Positions 10,054-20,316 are shown, counted from the first letter of the stretch. The stretch: 34,812 nt of DNA from Bdellovibrionota bacterium (GCA_044356295.1 JBIKWN010000022.1:1-34812); one strand, 5' to 3'. The notes: generated from the sequence alone by a model not told the origin. Numbers and translations: made by a program.

Positions 10054-10716
10054 ATGGGTCAGAAGGTTAATCCACGAGGGCTTCGTTTAGGTATAACAGA
10101 TACTTGGTTGTCTCGTTGGTATGCGGGTAAAGATTACGCTAAGTTTATTGGCGAAGATGTTAAAATCCGTAAATTCATTAAAGATCGTTTGAAGACAGCA
10201 GGAATCTCAAAAATTGAGATTGAAAGAGCAGCTTCAAGATTAAAGATCAACCTCTTCTCTGCTAAGCCAGGTCTTGTGATCGGTAAAAGCGGTAAAGATG
10301 CTGAGTCGTTGAAAAAAGATCTTAAAACTCTTGTTAAAAGAGAAGTAAGTCTCAACATCATTGAAGCAAGAAAAGCTGATATGGATGCTCAACTCGTTGC
10401 TGAATCAATTGCATTCCAACTTGAGCGTCGAGTTAACTTCAGAAGAGCAATGAAAGAGTCTGTAAACAGAGCTATGCGTGCTGGTTCAGAAGGAATAAGA
10501 GTTTGTGTATCTGGTCGTTTAAATGGTGCTGAGATTGCGCGTACTGAGAAGTACCGTGAAGGAAGAGTGCCACTTCATACCCTTCGTGCTGATATCGACT
10601 ACGGTACAGCTGAAGCTAAGACTACCTATGGAATCATAGGGGTTAAGGTTTGGGTATTTAAAGGTGAGAAATTTGCTCCTGGTGAACAAGTTCCAATGGA
10701 AGCAATACAGCTTTAA
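10054..10716 (+). CDS. rpsC: 30S ribosomal protein S3
   Basis: [32 protein letters not shown]. Confidence 0.99.
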   Translation: MGQKVNPRGLRLGITDTWLSRWYAGKDYAKFIGEDVKIRKFIKDRLKTAGISKIEIERAASRLKINLFSAKPGLVIGKSGKDAESLKKDLKTLVKREVSLNIIEARKADMDAQLVAESIAFQLERRVNFRRAMKESVNRAMRAGSEGIRVCVSGRLNGAEIARTEKYREGRVPLHTLRADIDYGTAEAKTTYGIIGVKVWVFKGEKFAPGEQVPMEAIQL

Positions 10717-10770
10717 AATAGTAAGAGTAATAGAATTTCGTAACTAGCTGATATTTAAGGAAAAAGAGAC

Positions 10771-11196
10771 ATGCGTTCCCCTAGTAAACCAAAATGGCGA
10801 AAGCAGATGAAGCAAGTTCGGCACCTTCACGGTGTTGAGACGCGTGGTACAGAGCTTAGCTTCGGAGACTTCGGAATCAAGGCTATGGAGCCAGGCTGGG
10901 TAACCAACCGACAGCTCGAAGCTGGTCGTATCGCAATTTCGCGTAAAGCGAAAAGAGGTGGTAAGATATGGATTAATATTTTCCCTGATAAGCCACTTAC
11001 ATCTAAGCCTGCCGAAACTCGGATGGGTAAAGGTAAAGGCTCTCCTGAGCAGTGGGTTTGCGAAGTTCGCGCTGGGAAAATTATGTATGAATTAACTGGT
11101 GTTACTGAAGCACTTGCAGTCGAAGCGTTAAGGCTTGCTGTTGGAAAGCTTCCTCTTAAATGCAAAATTGTAAAACGTAGTGAGAACTTACTGTGA
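10771..11196 (+). CDS. rplP: 50S ribosomal protein L16
   Basis: [20 protein letters not shown]. Confidence 0.98.
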   Translation: MRSPSKPKWRKQMKQVRHLHGVETRGTELSFGDFGIKAMEPGWVTNRQLEAGRIAISRKAKRGGKIWINIFPDKPLTSKPAETRMGKGKGSPEQWVCEVRAGKIMYELTGVTEALAVEALRLAVGKLPLKCKIVKRSENLL

Positions 11197-11411
11197 AATC
11201 AAAGAATTTTTTAAATGATATTAAAGCAATGTCAGAAGCTGACCTTGCGAATAAGAAAGTAGCTTTGAAAGAAGAGCTTATGAAGCTTCGATTTAAAGGT
11301 GCTGCAGGTCAACTCGAGAAAGCTCATGTTGTATCTGAAATTAGAAAAAACATTGCGCGTGTTGAAACAGTTTTGACCGCAAAGCGTGGAAGCAGCAAAA
11401 AGGCTAAGTAG
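11193..11411 (+). CDS. rpmC: 50S ribosomal protein L29
   Basis: [25 protein letters not shown] start overlapping the rplP stop. Confidence 0.96.
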   Translation: MKSKNFLNDIKAMSEADLANKKVALKEELMKLRFKGAAGQLEKAHVVSEIRKNIARVETVLTAKRGSSKKAK

Positions 11412-11431
11412 TTTAGATTAGAAAGTGCGTT

Positions 11432-11722
11432 ATGGCAGAGATACAAAATAAAACAGCAGAAACGAGTGCGGATCGTAAAACGAAAAAAACTCGTCAAGGA
11501 CTTGTCGTGAGCAGCAAGATGGATAAAACCGTTGTTGTAGCGATCACAAGCCAAGTTCGCCATCCGCAGTATGGTAAGTTTGTTCGTAGAACAAAAAAAT
11601 ATGTTGCACATGATGAAACAAATCAGTGCGGTGTTGGTGATACAGTGAAAATTGTTGAAACTCGTCCTTTAAGTCGCACAAAGCGATGGAGAGTTCAGCA
11701 GATTGTAACGAAGGCTGTATAA
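11432..11722 (+). CDS. rpsQ: 30S ribosomal protein S17
   Basis: [29 protein letters not shown]. Confidence 0.98.
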   Translation: MAEIQNKTAETSADRKTKKTRQGLVVSSKMDKTVVVAITSQVRHPQYGKFVRRTKKYVAHDETNQCGVGDTVKIVETRPLSRTKRWRVQQIVTKAV

Positions 11723-11759
11723 TTAATTAGTTTGGGTAAAGTTTTTAGGATTAAACGTC

Positions 11760-12128
11760 ATGATTCAGCTTAAGTCACTTGTCGATGTTGCTGATAATTC
11801 TGGTGCTCGCCGCGTTGCGGTAGTGAAAGTACTAGGAGGTTCTCGCCGTCGGTATGCTTCAGTAGGAGATATCGTAGTTGTTGCAGTTAAAGAAGCTGCT
11901 GCAAATTCGAAAATTGCAAAAGGTTCTGTTCACAAAGCAGTACTTGTTAGAACTGCAAAAGAACTACAACGCGAAGATGGTTCAACAATTAAATTTGATG
12001 ATAACAGCGTCGTACTTATTAACGATCAAAATGAGCCAAAAGGTACACGTATCTTTGGTCCAGTAGCTCGTGAACTTCGTGCGGCTAAATTTATGAAGAT
12101 TATTTCATTAGCTCCGGAGGTCCTCTAA
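11760..12128 (+). CDS. rplN: 50S ribosomal protein L14
   Basis: [27 protein letters not shown]. Confidence 0.99.
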   Translation: MIQLKSLVDVADNSGARRVAVVKVLGGSRRRYASVGDIVVVAVKEAAANSKIAKGSVHKAVLVRTAKELQREDGSTIKFDDNSVVLINDQNEPKGTRIFGPVARELRAAKFMKIISLAPEVL

Positions 12129-12129
12129 G

Positions 12130-12492
12130 ATGAACAAACGTCCAACCACATCTCTTAAAAAAGGTGATCTAGTAATTGTTATTGCTGGTGGTAATAAAAC
12201 AACACGTCCTAACAAAGGTAAAGTAGGTCGTATCCTTGGTTTTGCTGGTAAAAACAGTGACCGAGTTATCGTTGAAGGAATCAATCTTGTTAAGCGTCAC
12301 CAAAAACAAGGAATGCCTAATAAGCCACACGGAATTATTCAGAAAGAAGCAGGAATTCATATCTCAAACGTTATGTATTACGTTGAGAAGTTGAAAAAGC
12401 CAGTTCGTATTAAGGCTTCATTTCTTGCTGATGGAAAGAAAGTAAGAGGATATATCAATCCTGAAACAAAAACATTTGAGCAGATAGACTAA
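12130..12492 (+). CDS. rplX: 50S ribosomal protein L24 (insertion in the KOW loop)
   Basis: KKGDLVIVIAG, VIVEGIN, KEAGIHISNV. Confidence 0.97.
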   Translation: MNKRPTTSLKKGDLVIVIAGGNKTTRPNKGKVGRILGFAGKNSDRVIVEGINLVKRHQKQGMPNKPHGIIQKEAGIHISNVMYYVEKLKKPVRIKASFLADGKKVRGYINPETKTFEQID

Positions 12493-12520
12493 TAGGTTCA
12501 ATTAGAAAGGTACATGAATC

Positions 12521-13096
12521 ATGAGTGAGCGTTTAAAGAAAAAATATGCCGAAGAAGTAGTTCCGGCTTTGATGAAGGAGTTTAGTTACACTTCCCCAAT
12601 GCAGGTTCCGAAACTCGTAAAAGTCGTTCTGAACACTGGTGTTGGTGAAACAGTACAAAACCCAAAAGCAATGCAAGCTGTTGAGTATTCAATGCGCCAA
12701 ATCACTGGACAAAAACCTGTGATTACTAAGTCAAGAAAAGCTATTGCTGCTTTCAAACTTCGTGAAGGACTCCCGATTGGTTGTATGGTAACCCTTCGTA
12801 ATAAACGTATGTATGATTTCTTGGATCGTATGATGTCGGTTGCAATGCCGCGCGTACGAGATTTCCGTGGTATTCCTAGAAAAGGATTCGATGGAAGAGG
12901 TAACTACACATTAGGTTTGAAAGAATCTATCGTGTTTCCAGAAGTTGAAATTGAAAAATTAGATAAAATTCGTGGAATGGATATCACGTTTGTGACCACT
13001 GCTAAGAATGATGATGAAGCGAGAGCGCTTCTTACAAAACTTGGCTTCCCATTCCGTCCTGCTGAACCAAAATCGGCTGAGGCAAAAGCGGCTTAA
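12521..13096 (+). CDS. rplE: 50S ribosomal protein L5
   Basis: [30 protein letters not shown]. Confidence 0.99.
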   Translation: MSERLKKKYAEEVVPALMKEFSYTSPMQVPKLVKVVLNTGVGETVQNPKAMQAVEYSMRQITGQKPVITKSRKAIAAFKLREGLPIGCMVTLRNKRMYDFLDRMMSVAMPRVRDFRGIPRKGFDGRGNYTLGLKESIVFPEVEIEKLDKIRGMDITFVTTAKNDDEARALLTKLGFPFRPAEPKSAEAKAA

Positions 13097-13117
13097 TTTT
13101 TAGGAGAGAGATAGTAC

Positions 13118-13303
13118 GTGGCAAAAAAATCAATGATCATCAAAGCAGCGCGTCCCCAAAAATTTGGGGTACGACAGTATATGCGCTGTCAAGCATGTGG
13201 ACGACCAAGAAGCGTCTACAAAAAATTTATGTTGTGTCGTATTTGCTTACGCGAGATGGCACATAAAGGTTTAGTTCCAGGACTAGTAAAGGCAAGTTGG
13301 TAA
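13118..13303 (+). CDS. rpsZ: 30S ribosomal protein S14, short zinc-ribbon (type Z) form
   Basis: 61 aa, CQAC...[15 protein letters not shown] start. Confidence 0.97.
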   Translation: MAKKSMIIKAARPQKFGVRQYMRCQACGRPRSVYKKFMLCRICLREMAHKGLVPGLVKASW

Positions 13304-13304
13304 T

Positions 13305-13706
13305 ATGACAAACGATACAATTGCAGACACATTAACAAGAATTCGTAACGCTCAGATCGCGGGACATAAAGTGGTAAAGATACCTTTGTCACGTTCTGCT
13401 AAAGGTGTTCTTGCTGTTCTTAAAGAAGAAGGTTTCATTGATACCTTTGAAACATTGAAAGCAGAGGGTGCAACCTTCGAAACTCTCAATGTTTTCTTAA
13501 AGTATTATGACAATGGTTCACCAATGATCTCTTTGGCAAGAAGAGTGAGTAAGCCTGGTCAAAGACAATATCGTGGCGTTGAGTCGTTACCACGTGTTGC
13601 AAGCGGACTTGGTATTTCTATTGTTTCTACATCGCAAGGTGTTATGTCAGATAGAGAAGCTCGCAAGAGAAAAATCGGTGGAGAGGTTTTAGCCCTCATC
13701 GGATAA
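13305..13706 (+). CDS. rpsH: 30S ribosomal protein S8
   Basis: IADTLTRIRNA, RVSKPG, GLGISIVSTSQG, GGEVL. Confidence 0.99.
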   Translation: MTNDTIADTLTRIRNAQIAGHKVVKIPLSRSAKGVLAVLKEEGFIDTFETLKAEGATFETLNVFLKYYDNGSPMISLARRVSKPGQRQYRGVESLPRVASGLGISIVSTSQGVMSDREARKRKIGGEVLALIG

Positions 13707-13725
13707 GTTTAGGAAGAGTATTGAT

Positions 13726-14262
13726 ATGTCACGTGTAGGAAAACAGCCAGTCGCACTTCCAAAAGAAGTAACTGCAGATATTAAAGAAGACAAAGTGTCT
13801 ATGAAGGGTCCGAAAGGAGCTCTTTCTATGTCACTTGGAAGAGGCGTTAAAATCTCAAATGAAGCCGGTAACCTTATCGTTTCATTGACAGGTTCTGATG
13901 CACAAGCAAAAGCAAACTGGGGAACAACCCGTGCTAAGCTTAACAATATGGTCAAAGGCGTTACTGCTGGATGGAAGCGAAGCCTCGAGATGAACGGAGT
14001 TGGATTTACAGCTAAACTTGCTGGTCAAAACTTAACTCTTGCAGTTGGTTTTTCTCATGATGTTGTTGTTTCTTTACCAAAAGAAATTAAGTGCACTGTG
14101 ACTAAAAACGTTATTGATCTTGAGTCAGTAGACCGCGAATTAGTAGGCACATTCGCTGCTAAAATTCGTAAAGTACAACCACCAGAGCCGTATCTTGGTA
14201 AGGGTATTAAATACGCTGAAGAAAAAGTTCGTAGAAAAGCTGGTAAAACTGGTAAAAAATAA
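13726..14262 (+). CDS. rplF: 50S ribosomal protein L6
   Basis: MSRVGK, KGPKG, PPEPYLGKGIKY, RRKAGK. Confidence 0.99.
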   Translation: MSRVGKQPVALPKEVTADIKEDKVSMKGPKGALSMSLGRGVKISNEAGNLIVSLTGSDAQAKANWGTTRAKLNNMVKGVTAGWKRSLEMNGVGFTAKLAGQNLTLAVGFSHDVVVSLPKEIKCTVTKNVIDLESVDRELVGTFAAKIRKVQPPEPYLGKGIKYAEEKVRRKAGKTGKK

Positions 14263-14298
14263 TTCATCGGAATTAAAAAGATTTAAAGGAACAAGAGT

Positions 14299-14679
14299 AT
14301 GGCACTCAGTAAACTTGCAAAAAAGAACCCAAGAAACAGAGCGAAGCTTCGAAGTCGTAAGAAACTTCTTGCATCAGATCGTTTACGTATTAGTGTGTTC
14401 CGTAGTTCAAAACACACCTATGCACAGCTTATCTCTGATGAAACTGGGAAGACGTTGGCTGCTGCATCAACTCTTGATACAGAAGTTACTGCACTTATTA
14501 AAGAAACCAAGAAAAGCACCAAAAGTGTCGAAGCTGCTAAGGCAGTCGGTACTGTGTTTGCAAAGCGTGTTATCGCTGCAAACGTGAAAGATGTAAAATT
14601 TGATAGAAATGGATTTGTTTACTCAGGACGTATTAAAGCTGTTGCTGATGGTGCACGTGAGCAAGGACTAGATTTCTAA
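14299..14679 (+). CDS. rplR: 50S ribosomal protein L18
   Basis: VFRSSKHTYAQLI, FDRNG, GRIKAVADGAREQGL. Confidence 0.98.
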   Translation: MALSKLAKKNPRNRAKLRSRKKLLASDRLRISVFRSSKHTYAQLISDETGKTLAAASTLDTEVTALIKETKKSTKSVEAAKAVGTVFAKRVIAANVKDVKFDRNGFVYSGRIKAVADGAREQGLDF

Positions 14680-14725
14680 GAGAAAAAAGTACGAATAAAA
14701 ATTTTTAGATTAAAGAAAAGCGATT

Positions 14726-15265
14726 ATGAAATTTGATAAACTTCTTGAATCAAGAAGAGTAAGAGTAGAAGAGATCAGTGACATCACTGAGAAAACTGTT
14801 GCTATTAACCGAGTTGTTAAAGTTGTTAAGGGTGGACGTCGCTTTAGCTTCAGTGCACTTGTTGTTTCTGGTGACGGAAAAGGACATGTTGGTTTTGGTC
14901 TTGGTAAAGCTGGCGAGGTTCCTGATGCACTTCGTAAGGCTACTGAGTGTTCAAAAAAATCTATGATCAAGGTTCCACTTCGTGGAACAACTATTCCTCA
15001 TGATCTTGTTGGTACATTTGGTGCAACTAAAGTAATCATGAAGCCTGCTGCACCTGGTACAGGTGTTATCGCTGGTTCAGCTGCTCGTGCAGTTATTGAA
15101 CTATCCGGTATTAAAGATATTCGTACGAAGGTGATTGGTTCTACCAATGAACATAACGTTCTTCACGCAGTAATGATGGGACTTCTTCTTTTAAAAGAAC
15201 CAGGTTCTGTTGCTGCTAAACGTGGGCATCAACTTGAAGAAATTGGCTACGTAAGCGCGCACTAA
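14726..15265 (+). CDS. rpsE: 30S ribosomal protein S5
   Basis: [32 protein letters not shown]. Confidence 0.99.
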   Translation: MKFDKLLESRRVRVEEISDITEKTVAINRVVKVVKGGRRFSFSALVVSGDGKGHVGFGLGKAGEVPDALRKATECSKKSMIKVPLRGTTIPHDLVGTFGATKVIMKPAAPGTGVIAGSAARAVIELSGIKDIRTKVIGSTNEHNVLHAVMMGLLLLKEPGSVAAKRGHQLEEIGYVSAH

Positions 15266-15275
15266 GAGGATTAAT

Positions 15276-15476
15276 ATGAACGCAGAAAAAAAGAAATCAG
15301 GTAACACAATTACTGTTGAGCAGTATAGAAGTGGGGCAGGACGTACTAAAGAAGTGAAAACTACTTTAACTGCGTTAGGTCTTGGTCGTATTGGTAAGCG
15401 TAAAGAAATTCCACTTAATCCTGCCGTTGAAGGTATGATTAAGCGTGTAGCTCACCTTGTGAAAATTGTTAAGTAA
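15276..15476 (+). CDS. rpmD: 50S ribosomal protein L30
   Basis: TLTALGL, GMIKRVAHLV; position between rpsE and rplO. Confidence 0.95.
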   Translation: MNAEKKKSGNTITVEQYRSGAGRTKEVKTTLTALGLGRIGKRKEIPLNPAVEGMIKRVAHLVKIVK

Positions 15477-15507
15477 TCAAAGTTTTATTCATAAATAAGA
15501 GATCGAT

Positions 15508-15966
15508 ATGGAACTTTCTAATTTAAAACCAGCAGCTGGTTCAAAGAAAAGAAAAAAACGTTTAGGGCGTGGTGAATCAAGCGGACTTGGTAAAACCTCT
15601 ACCCGTGGTGGTAAAGGTCAAACGGCTCGTTCGGGGTCAGGTATTCCTGCTCGCTTTGAAGGGGGTCAGATGCCTCTTTATCGTCGTGTTGGAAAAATTG
15701 GATTTTTCTCACGTGTTGGAAATTTAGGACTTAATAAATTTGTAACTATCAATCTTGATAATCTCGAGAAGTTTGATGCTGGTTCAGTTGTTGATTCAGC
15801 ATTTCTTGTGAAAAATGGATTAAACCTTTCTTCTAAAAAGAAAGCTGGTATTAAAGTGCTTGGAAACGGGACGCTTACAAAAAAGCTTACTGTTAAAGTA
15901 CAAGCAGTAACTGCTTCAGCGAAGCAAAAGATAGAAGCAGCAGGCGGAACGGTCGAGCTCGTATAA
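15508..15966 (+). CDS. rplO: 50S ribosomal protein L15
   Basis: RLGRGESSGLGKT, FEGGQMPLYRR, KIEAAGG. Confidence 0.99.
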   Translation: MELSNLKPAAGSKKRKKRLGRGESSGLGKTSTRGGKGQTARSGSGIPARFEGGQMPLYRRVGKIGFFSRVGNLGLNKFVTINLDNLEKFDAGSVVDSAFLVKNGLNLSSKKKAGIKVLGNGTLTKKLTVKVQAVTASAKQKIEAAGGTVELV

Positions 15967-15995
15967 AGCTTTTCCTTCATGCAGCATGTTTTGAT

Positions 15996-16064
15996 AAGAG
16001 ACTTTTAGTGCTATTCTCCAAAAAGATTTTTGCGAGAGTGCTCTGAAAGTCTTTTTTGTTTTTT
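15996..16064 (+). terminator. Long rod-like hairpin plus T tract between rplO and secY (terminator, attenuator or processing site)
   Basis: AAGAGACTTTT...GAAAGTCTTTT outer stem, ATTCTC/GAGAGT and CAAAA/TTTTG inner stems, then TTGTTTTTT. Confidence 0.55.
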
Positions 16065-16095
16065 ATAGATCTTTAAAAAAAAAGAAGTGTGAACT

Positions 16096-17445
16096 ATGGT
16101 TGGCGGATTAGGTGAAATTGGGAAAATTCCTGAACTACGAAGAAGATTGTTTTTTACAATCGGTCTTTTAGCTGTTTATCGTCTTGGAATTCACGTATCT
16201 GTACCGGGGATTGACGTTGAAGCACTTCGAAAAATGTTTGAAGTTGCAGATGGGACACTCTTTGGTCTTATTAACATGTTCTCTGGAGGAGCTCTCGAGA
16301 ACTTCTCCTTGTTTACTCTTGGTATAGCACCCTACATCTCTGTATCCATTATTGTTCAACTGCTTACTCCAGTAGTTCCTTCACTTGATGCATTAAAGAA
16401 AGAGGGAGAATCTGGTCGAAGAGTCCTTACTCGCTATACACGTTTAGGAACAATAGCTCTTGCCCTTGTTCAGTCATATTTTGTTGCCCGCGGATTACAA
16501 TCCCAGGCTGGACTTGTTCATACGCCTGGACCTGTATTCACTATGACAGCAATGATGACGTTAACTGCGGGTACTGCATTTGTGATGTGGCTAGGTGAGC
16601 AGATCACTGAAAGAGGTCTTGGCAATGGAACAAGTATCATCATTTTTGCTGGTATTATTGCAAGAATGCCAAGTGTACTTGTCTCAACGATTGCACTTGC
16701 ACGAACTGGTGAGATTCAACCTCTTGCAGTTCTTCTGTTGTTAGGATTTTGCCTTGCTTCAATCTATTTCATCGTTTTCGTTGAACGCTCAAGCAGAAAA
16801 ATTCCAATTCAATATCCTCGCCGTGCTGCAGTAAAATCATTACCGACGACACCTCCGCAGCAATATATGCCGCTCAAAGTGAATATGGTTGGTGTTATTC
16901 CTCCGATATTTGCTTCTGCCGTATTAGTACTTCCTGCAACCCTTGGATCCTTTAGCAGCAATGATATGGTGAAAGAGTATGCGTCAATGTTGATTCCTGG
17001 CACATGGCTCTACGAAACTATCTTTGTCGCTTGTATTATGTTTTTTGCTTTCTTTTATGCGGCTGTTATTTTTAGCCCGGAAGACGTTTCTGAAAATCTT
17101 AAGAAGCAGGGTGCATTTATTCCATCAGTGCGACCTGGTCAGCAAACAATTGATTATCTTTATGCTATCTTAAATCGTTTAACACTTTGGGGTGCGTTGT
17201 ACATCGCCACTGTTTGTGTGATTCCTCAGCTTGTCTATCTCTATTACGGCGCTACAGGTTTTGCCCATGTATTTGGTGGAACTGCAATTCTTATCGTCGT
17301 AGGAGTTACCCTTGATACTGCTTCTCAAATTGAATCAATGGTAGTAGCAAGAAACTATGAAGCTTTTATGAGTCGTACATCGAAGATGAAATCCGGTCTC
17401 GGTGGTATGCTCTCTGGTCAACGTCAAAGAATTCTACGTCGCTGA
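16096..17445 (+). CDS. secY: Preprotein translocase subunit SecY
   Basis: FSGGAL, LGIAPYISVSIIVQLL, WLGEQITERGLGNG, GVIPPIFAS, FGGTAILIVVGV. Confidence 0.99.
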   Translation: MVGGLGEIGKIPELRRRLFFTIGLLAVYRLGIHVSVPGIDVEALRKMFEVADGTLFGLINMFSGGALENFSLFTLGIAPYISVSIIVQLLTPVVPSLDALKKEGESGRRVLTRYTRLGTIALALVQSYFVARGLQSQAGLVHTPGPVFTMTAMMTLTAGTAFVMWLGEQITERGLGNGTSIIIFAGIIARMPSVLVSTIALARTGEIQPLAVLLLLGFCLASIYFIVFVERSSRKIPIQYPRRAAVKSLPTTPPQQYMPLKVNMVGVIPPIFASAVLVLPATLGSFSSNDMVKEYASMLIPGTWLYETIFVACIMFFAFFYAAVIFSPEDVSENLKKQGAFIPSVRPGQQTIDYLYAILNRLTLWGALYIATVCVIPQLVYLYYGATGFAHVFGGTAILIVVGVTLDTASQIESMVVARNYEAFMSRTSKMKSGLGGMLSGQRQRILRR

Positions 17446-17452
17446 GTTTAAT

Positions 17453-18040
17453 ATGCTACAAGATCCACATGCAAAACGTGTTGTTTTCTTAGGCCCTCCT
17501 GGTGCAGGAAAGGGAACTCAGAGTGCAACGTTATCTCGTGATTTTGTTTTAGCGCATATTTCAACGGGTGATATTCTCAGGAGTTCTATCGCGAATGGAA
17601 CTTCGATGGGATTAAAAGCTCAAAGCTATATGGTTCAGGGTAAATTAGTACCTGATGAAGTAGTGATTGGGATTATCGAAGATCGAATTCAAGAGTCTGA
17701 CTGTTTTCATGGCTTTCTTCTGGATGGATTTCCTCGTACGGTTCATCAAGCGCAGGCTTTAGATAAACTCTTAGAAGCTCATTCTATTCCATTGACTGAC
17801 ATACTTGAACTTGAAGTCGCAGATGAGGTTTTGATTAGCCGTATTGAAAAACGTTCTAAAGAACAAAATCGACCCGATGATAATCCAGAAGTTTTTAAAA
17901 ATCGCCTTAAGGTGTACCACGAACAAACAAAACCTGTAAAAGAGTTTTATGCTTCTACTGGAAGAGTTACTGAGATTGATGGTATCGGTACTACTGAGGA
18001 AGTATACGATCGAATTAAAAGTGGCTTAAAAAAAACTTAG
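17453..18040 (+). CDS. adk: Adenylate kinase, short-LID type (start placed at ATG 17453)
   Basis: GPPGAGKGTQ, HISTGDILR, GKLVPDE, GFLLDGFPRT; short LID R...RPDD without zinc knuckle. Confidence 0.97.
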   Translation: MLQDPHAKRVVFLGPPGAGKGTQSATLSRDFVLAHISTGDILRSSIANGTSMGLKAQSYMVQGKLVPDEVVIGIIEDRIQESDCFHGFLLDGFPRTVHQAQALDKLLEAHSIPLTDILELEVADEVLISRIEKRSKEQNRPDDNPEVFKNRLKVYHEQTKPVKEFYASTGRVTEIDGIGTTEEVYDRIKSGLKKT

Positions 18041-18190
18041 ACGCATTAGTCTTCCAATAGTCAGTTTGGATGATATATTGAATACTTAATTTATAATCTA
18101 ATCAAAGTTTTCTCTATAAAGAATTACTAATACAGGTTCTTGTGTTGCATCTATACGATTGACTAGCGTGAAAGCTACTCAAACTGTTTA

Positions 18191-19141
18191 CTAACCCTTG
18201 AACCAACAAAATGGGATGCAAGGAGTTACATAAAGTTCATCAGGGATTTTCCCAGATATCTGTTTGTGTAATTCAGGAAGTCGTGACCAATGAAGAGCCA
18301 TTTTTGAGTGGTGAGCGGTATGATAGCCGAGATTACCCGTCAAAATATTGTACCAACGGTGAGTAATGTTATGCGATGCCTCGTGGTGATCGTCAGTCTC
18401 AAGGCCAGAATGGTGATAATACGTTGCCCAACAGGTAACAACTAATCCCCAAACCATTGGGATGAGGAATACAAATAGCGCATTGAACCAATTGATAAAA
18501 AATAATCCAACAAGAAGAGATGCTACAAATATCTCCATGCCGATAAGCGCAGGAACGTATCTCGGATGTTTTTTGCCCACGCCGTGTGCACGAGGATAAC
18601 CAGTAAGAGCAATAGTCATTGTATATTCCATAACGCCCATGACTGTGCCATCAGGACGTTTCCAAGCGGACTCATCTTTAGACTGATCAAGGTAATTTAA
18701 GTGGTGTCCGAGATTGTGATGAAGAACCCATACGTTCGTAGTAATTCCAGTATGCAAAGAATAGATAACTTCAATAGCTCGGTTTAGAAATTTCTGGCGA
18801 AATATATTTACATGTTGGTGATGGTGATTCCAGGCACAGATACAAGCTTTGGGAAATAATCCAGCAAGCATCCAGGCAATGACAATCCAGTGATTTTCAA
18901 TAAAAAAGAAAACTGCAAAATCGGCTATAGATAGAGAACAGAAAATAGCAACAGGGAGTATGTCTGCTTGGTAGCGAAAAAACTTCATCAAGAAGTCTGA
19001 TTTATGCTGCTCGATGTTGGAATCGAAAGGCTCTTGTGCTTCTTGATCTAACGGCTCGTGAGGCTCCTTATAGTTTGAAGGGGCTTCAAAAGACATAGTA
19101 AAAGGGGCGAATTGGTTTCTACTTATTGATTCTTCAGACAT
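18191..19141 (-). CDS. Membrane fatty-acid desaturase family protein
   Basis: Three His boxes (HHHQH, HHNLGHH, HTAHH) with hydrophobic segments between them. Confidence 0.9.
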   Translation of the reverse strand: MSEESISRNQFAPFTMSFEAPSNYKEPHEPLDQEAQEPFDSNIEQHKSDFLMKFFRYQADILPVAIFCSLSIADFAVFFFIENHWIVIAWMLAGLFPKACICAWNHHHQHVNIFRQKFLNRAIEVIYSLHTGITTNVWVLHHNLGHHLNYLDQSKDESAWKRPDGTVMGVMEYTMTIALTGYPRAHGVGKKHPRYVPALIGMEIFVASLLVGLFFINWFNALFVFLIPMVWGLVVTCWATYYHHSGLETDDHHEASHNITHRWYNILTGNLGYHTAHHSKMALHWSRLPELHKQISGKIPDELYVTPCIPFCWFKG

Positions 19142-19329
19142 GGTTTTTAAAAACTTCGTATCTACTTTTATCTAAATCGTAAGGGCGGTGTCGTCAGAAT
19201 CTAAATGATAACCAACATAAAATTTATACACACAAAAGCACCGTTAGAAAACCGTAAATCTTTAGAAATAGCAGGATAGAACTAATACAATAATCAATAA
19301 AAACCTTATGCTTTTTTGATTCTTATATC

Positions 19330-20316
19330 CTATACGAGAGCATCTTTAATAAGGTTTAAGAGCAGATTAACGTGCTGAGCGTGTAGAATCATACCTGTAC
19401 TAGGATCCTCTTTCAACAAGGCTTCACTCTGTGCAATATTGGCATCAAAATTTAGTTCATAGAGAAAGTCCAATCCGGGGAAAGCCCTTCTTCCGTTAGT
19501 TGCAATAGCATCGTAGGTATAGGCAGCGGTATCAGCTTGGTAAAAGAGCCTATGGAGATTAAAAAGCTCCATCGCGGTTATCCCTAGAGGTAAGGATCTT
19601 TGATGGAAAGATGATGCAACTTCTTGAGCTCTTTGGATCATATTTTCATCAACCTCTTTAAACGTGACGAGTGAATGGAATCTTTCAAGTTCGCTATTAG
19701 CAACAATCCCTGCGGTGGCTTGTTGTCTTAGTTCAGCTCGTTCATCCTTGGAAGCAAAGGTTTCAACTGAAGCAACAATAAATTTTCCAATCGGGTCATT
19801 TCCAATCAAAGATTCTATGATAGCAAATGATTTGTCGCTTATAGGTAGCAGACCTTGATATCTTTTTAAAATTTCAAGAGTTGCAATGTGTTGATCCGAT
19901 TTCTCTTCAGGAAGCGGCTTTCCGATATCGTGAAACAGAGCAGCAATTCTTAAATCAGCGCAGGAAAGTGGGATAGGTCCTTTCGGGTCTTTAAGATATT
20001 TTTCAAATTGGGAAAGAACCATAGAAGTGTGTTCTTCAATCGAATACCCTTCCAGTATCCTAGCATCCTGCGATAAGAGGAAATTAAAAGATGGAATTTC
20101 TTTTATGCAATCAATAAAAGCTTGAATCTCTAAATCAGGACTTACTGCGTGTGTCGCTAGTTGTGATTTCACTGCTTCCAGAATTGAAGAGTCAACACCA
20201 GCGGACTCAAATATCTCATACTGATCTCGAAGGAGTGATCTTTGTAAGGCATCAGGGGGAAGTGTTGGTAGTTGCTCGTTTGTTCCTTGAACGTTAGTTG
20301 CTAATCCAGTTTCCAT
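19330..20316 (-). CDS. HD-domain metal-dependent phosphohydrolase-like protein
   Basis: EEH(T)...AALFHDIGKP...QH...QAD pattern (H..HD..D); strong SD GGAAGGAG upstream. Confidence 0.75.
   Translation of the reverse strand: METGLATNVQGTNEQLPTLPPDALQRSLLRDQYEIFESAGVDSSILEAVKSQLATHAVSPDLEIQAFIDCIKEIPSFNFLLSQDARILEGYSIEEHTSMVLSQFEKYLKDPKGPIPLSCADLRIAALFHDIGKPLPEEKSDQHIATLEILKRYQGLLPISDKSFAIIESLIGNDPIGKFIVASVETFASKDERAELRQQATAGIVANSELERFHSLVTFKEVDENMIQRAQEVASSFHQRSLPLGITAMELFNLHRLFYQADTAAYTYDAIATNGRRAFPGLDFLYELNFDANIAQSEALLKEDPSTGMILHAQHVNLLLNLIKDALV

Noticed and set aside
14195..14587. 130-aa ORF bridging rplF and rplR as a possible frameshift fusion
   Set aside because: Both genes are intact with their own start and stop; no slippery site recognised
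2399..17003. Many 60-130 aa alternative-frame and antisense ORFs over ribosomal, fusA, tuf and secY genes
   Set aside because: Shadow ORFs expected from biased codon usage; no motifs or initiation signals
17402..17452. GTG-start N-terminal extension of adk given by the ORF track
   Set aside because: Overlaps secY by 44 bp; ATG 17453 gives a normal Adk N-terminus
18041..18190. Possible RNA gene or terminator after adk
   Set aside because: Only a short TAGC-GTGAAA-GCTA stem; no tRNA cloverleaf or convincing terminator
19330..20316. HD protein as Cas3'', CCA-adding enzyme or SpoT
   Set aside because: No helicase, nucleotidyltransferase or synthetase domain and no cas context
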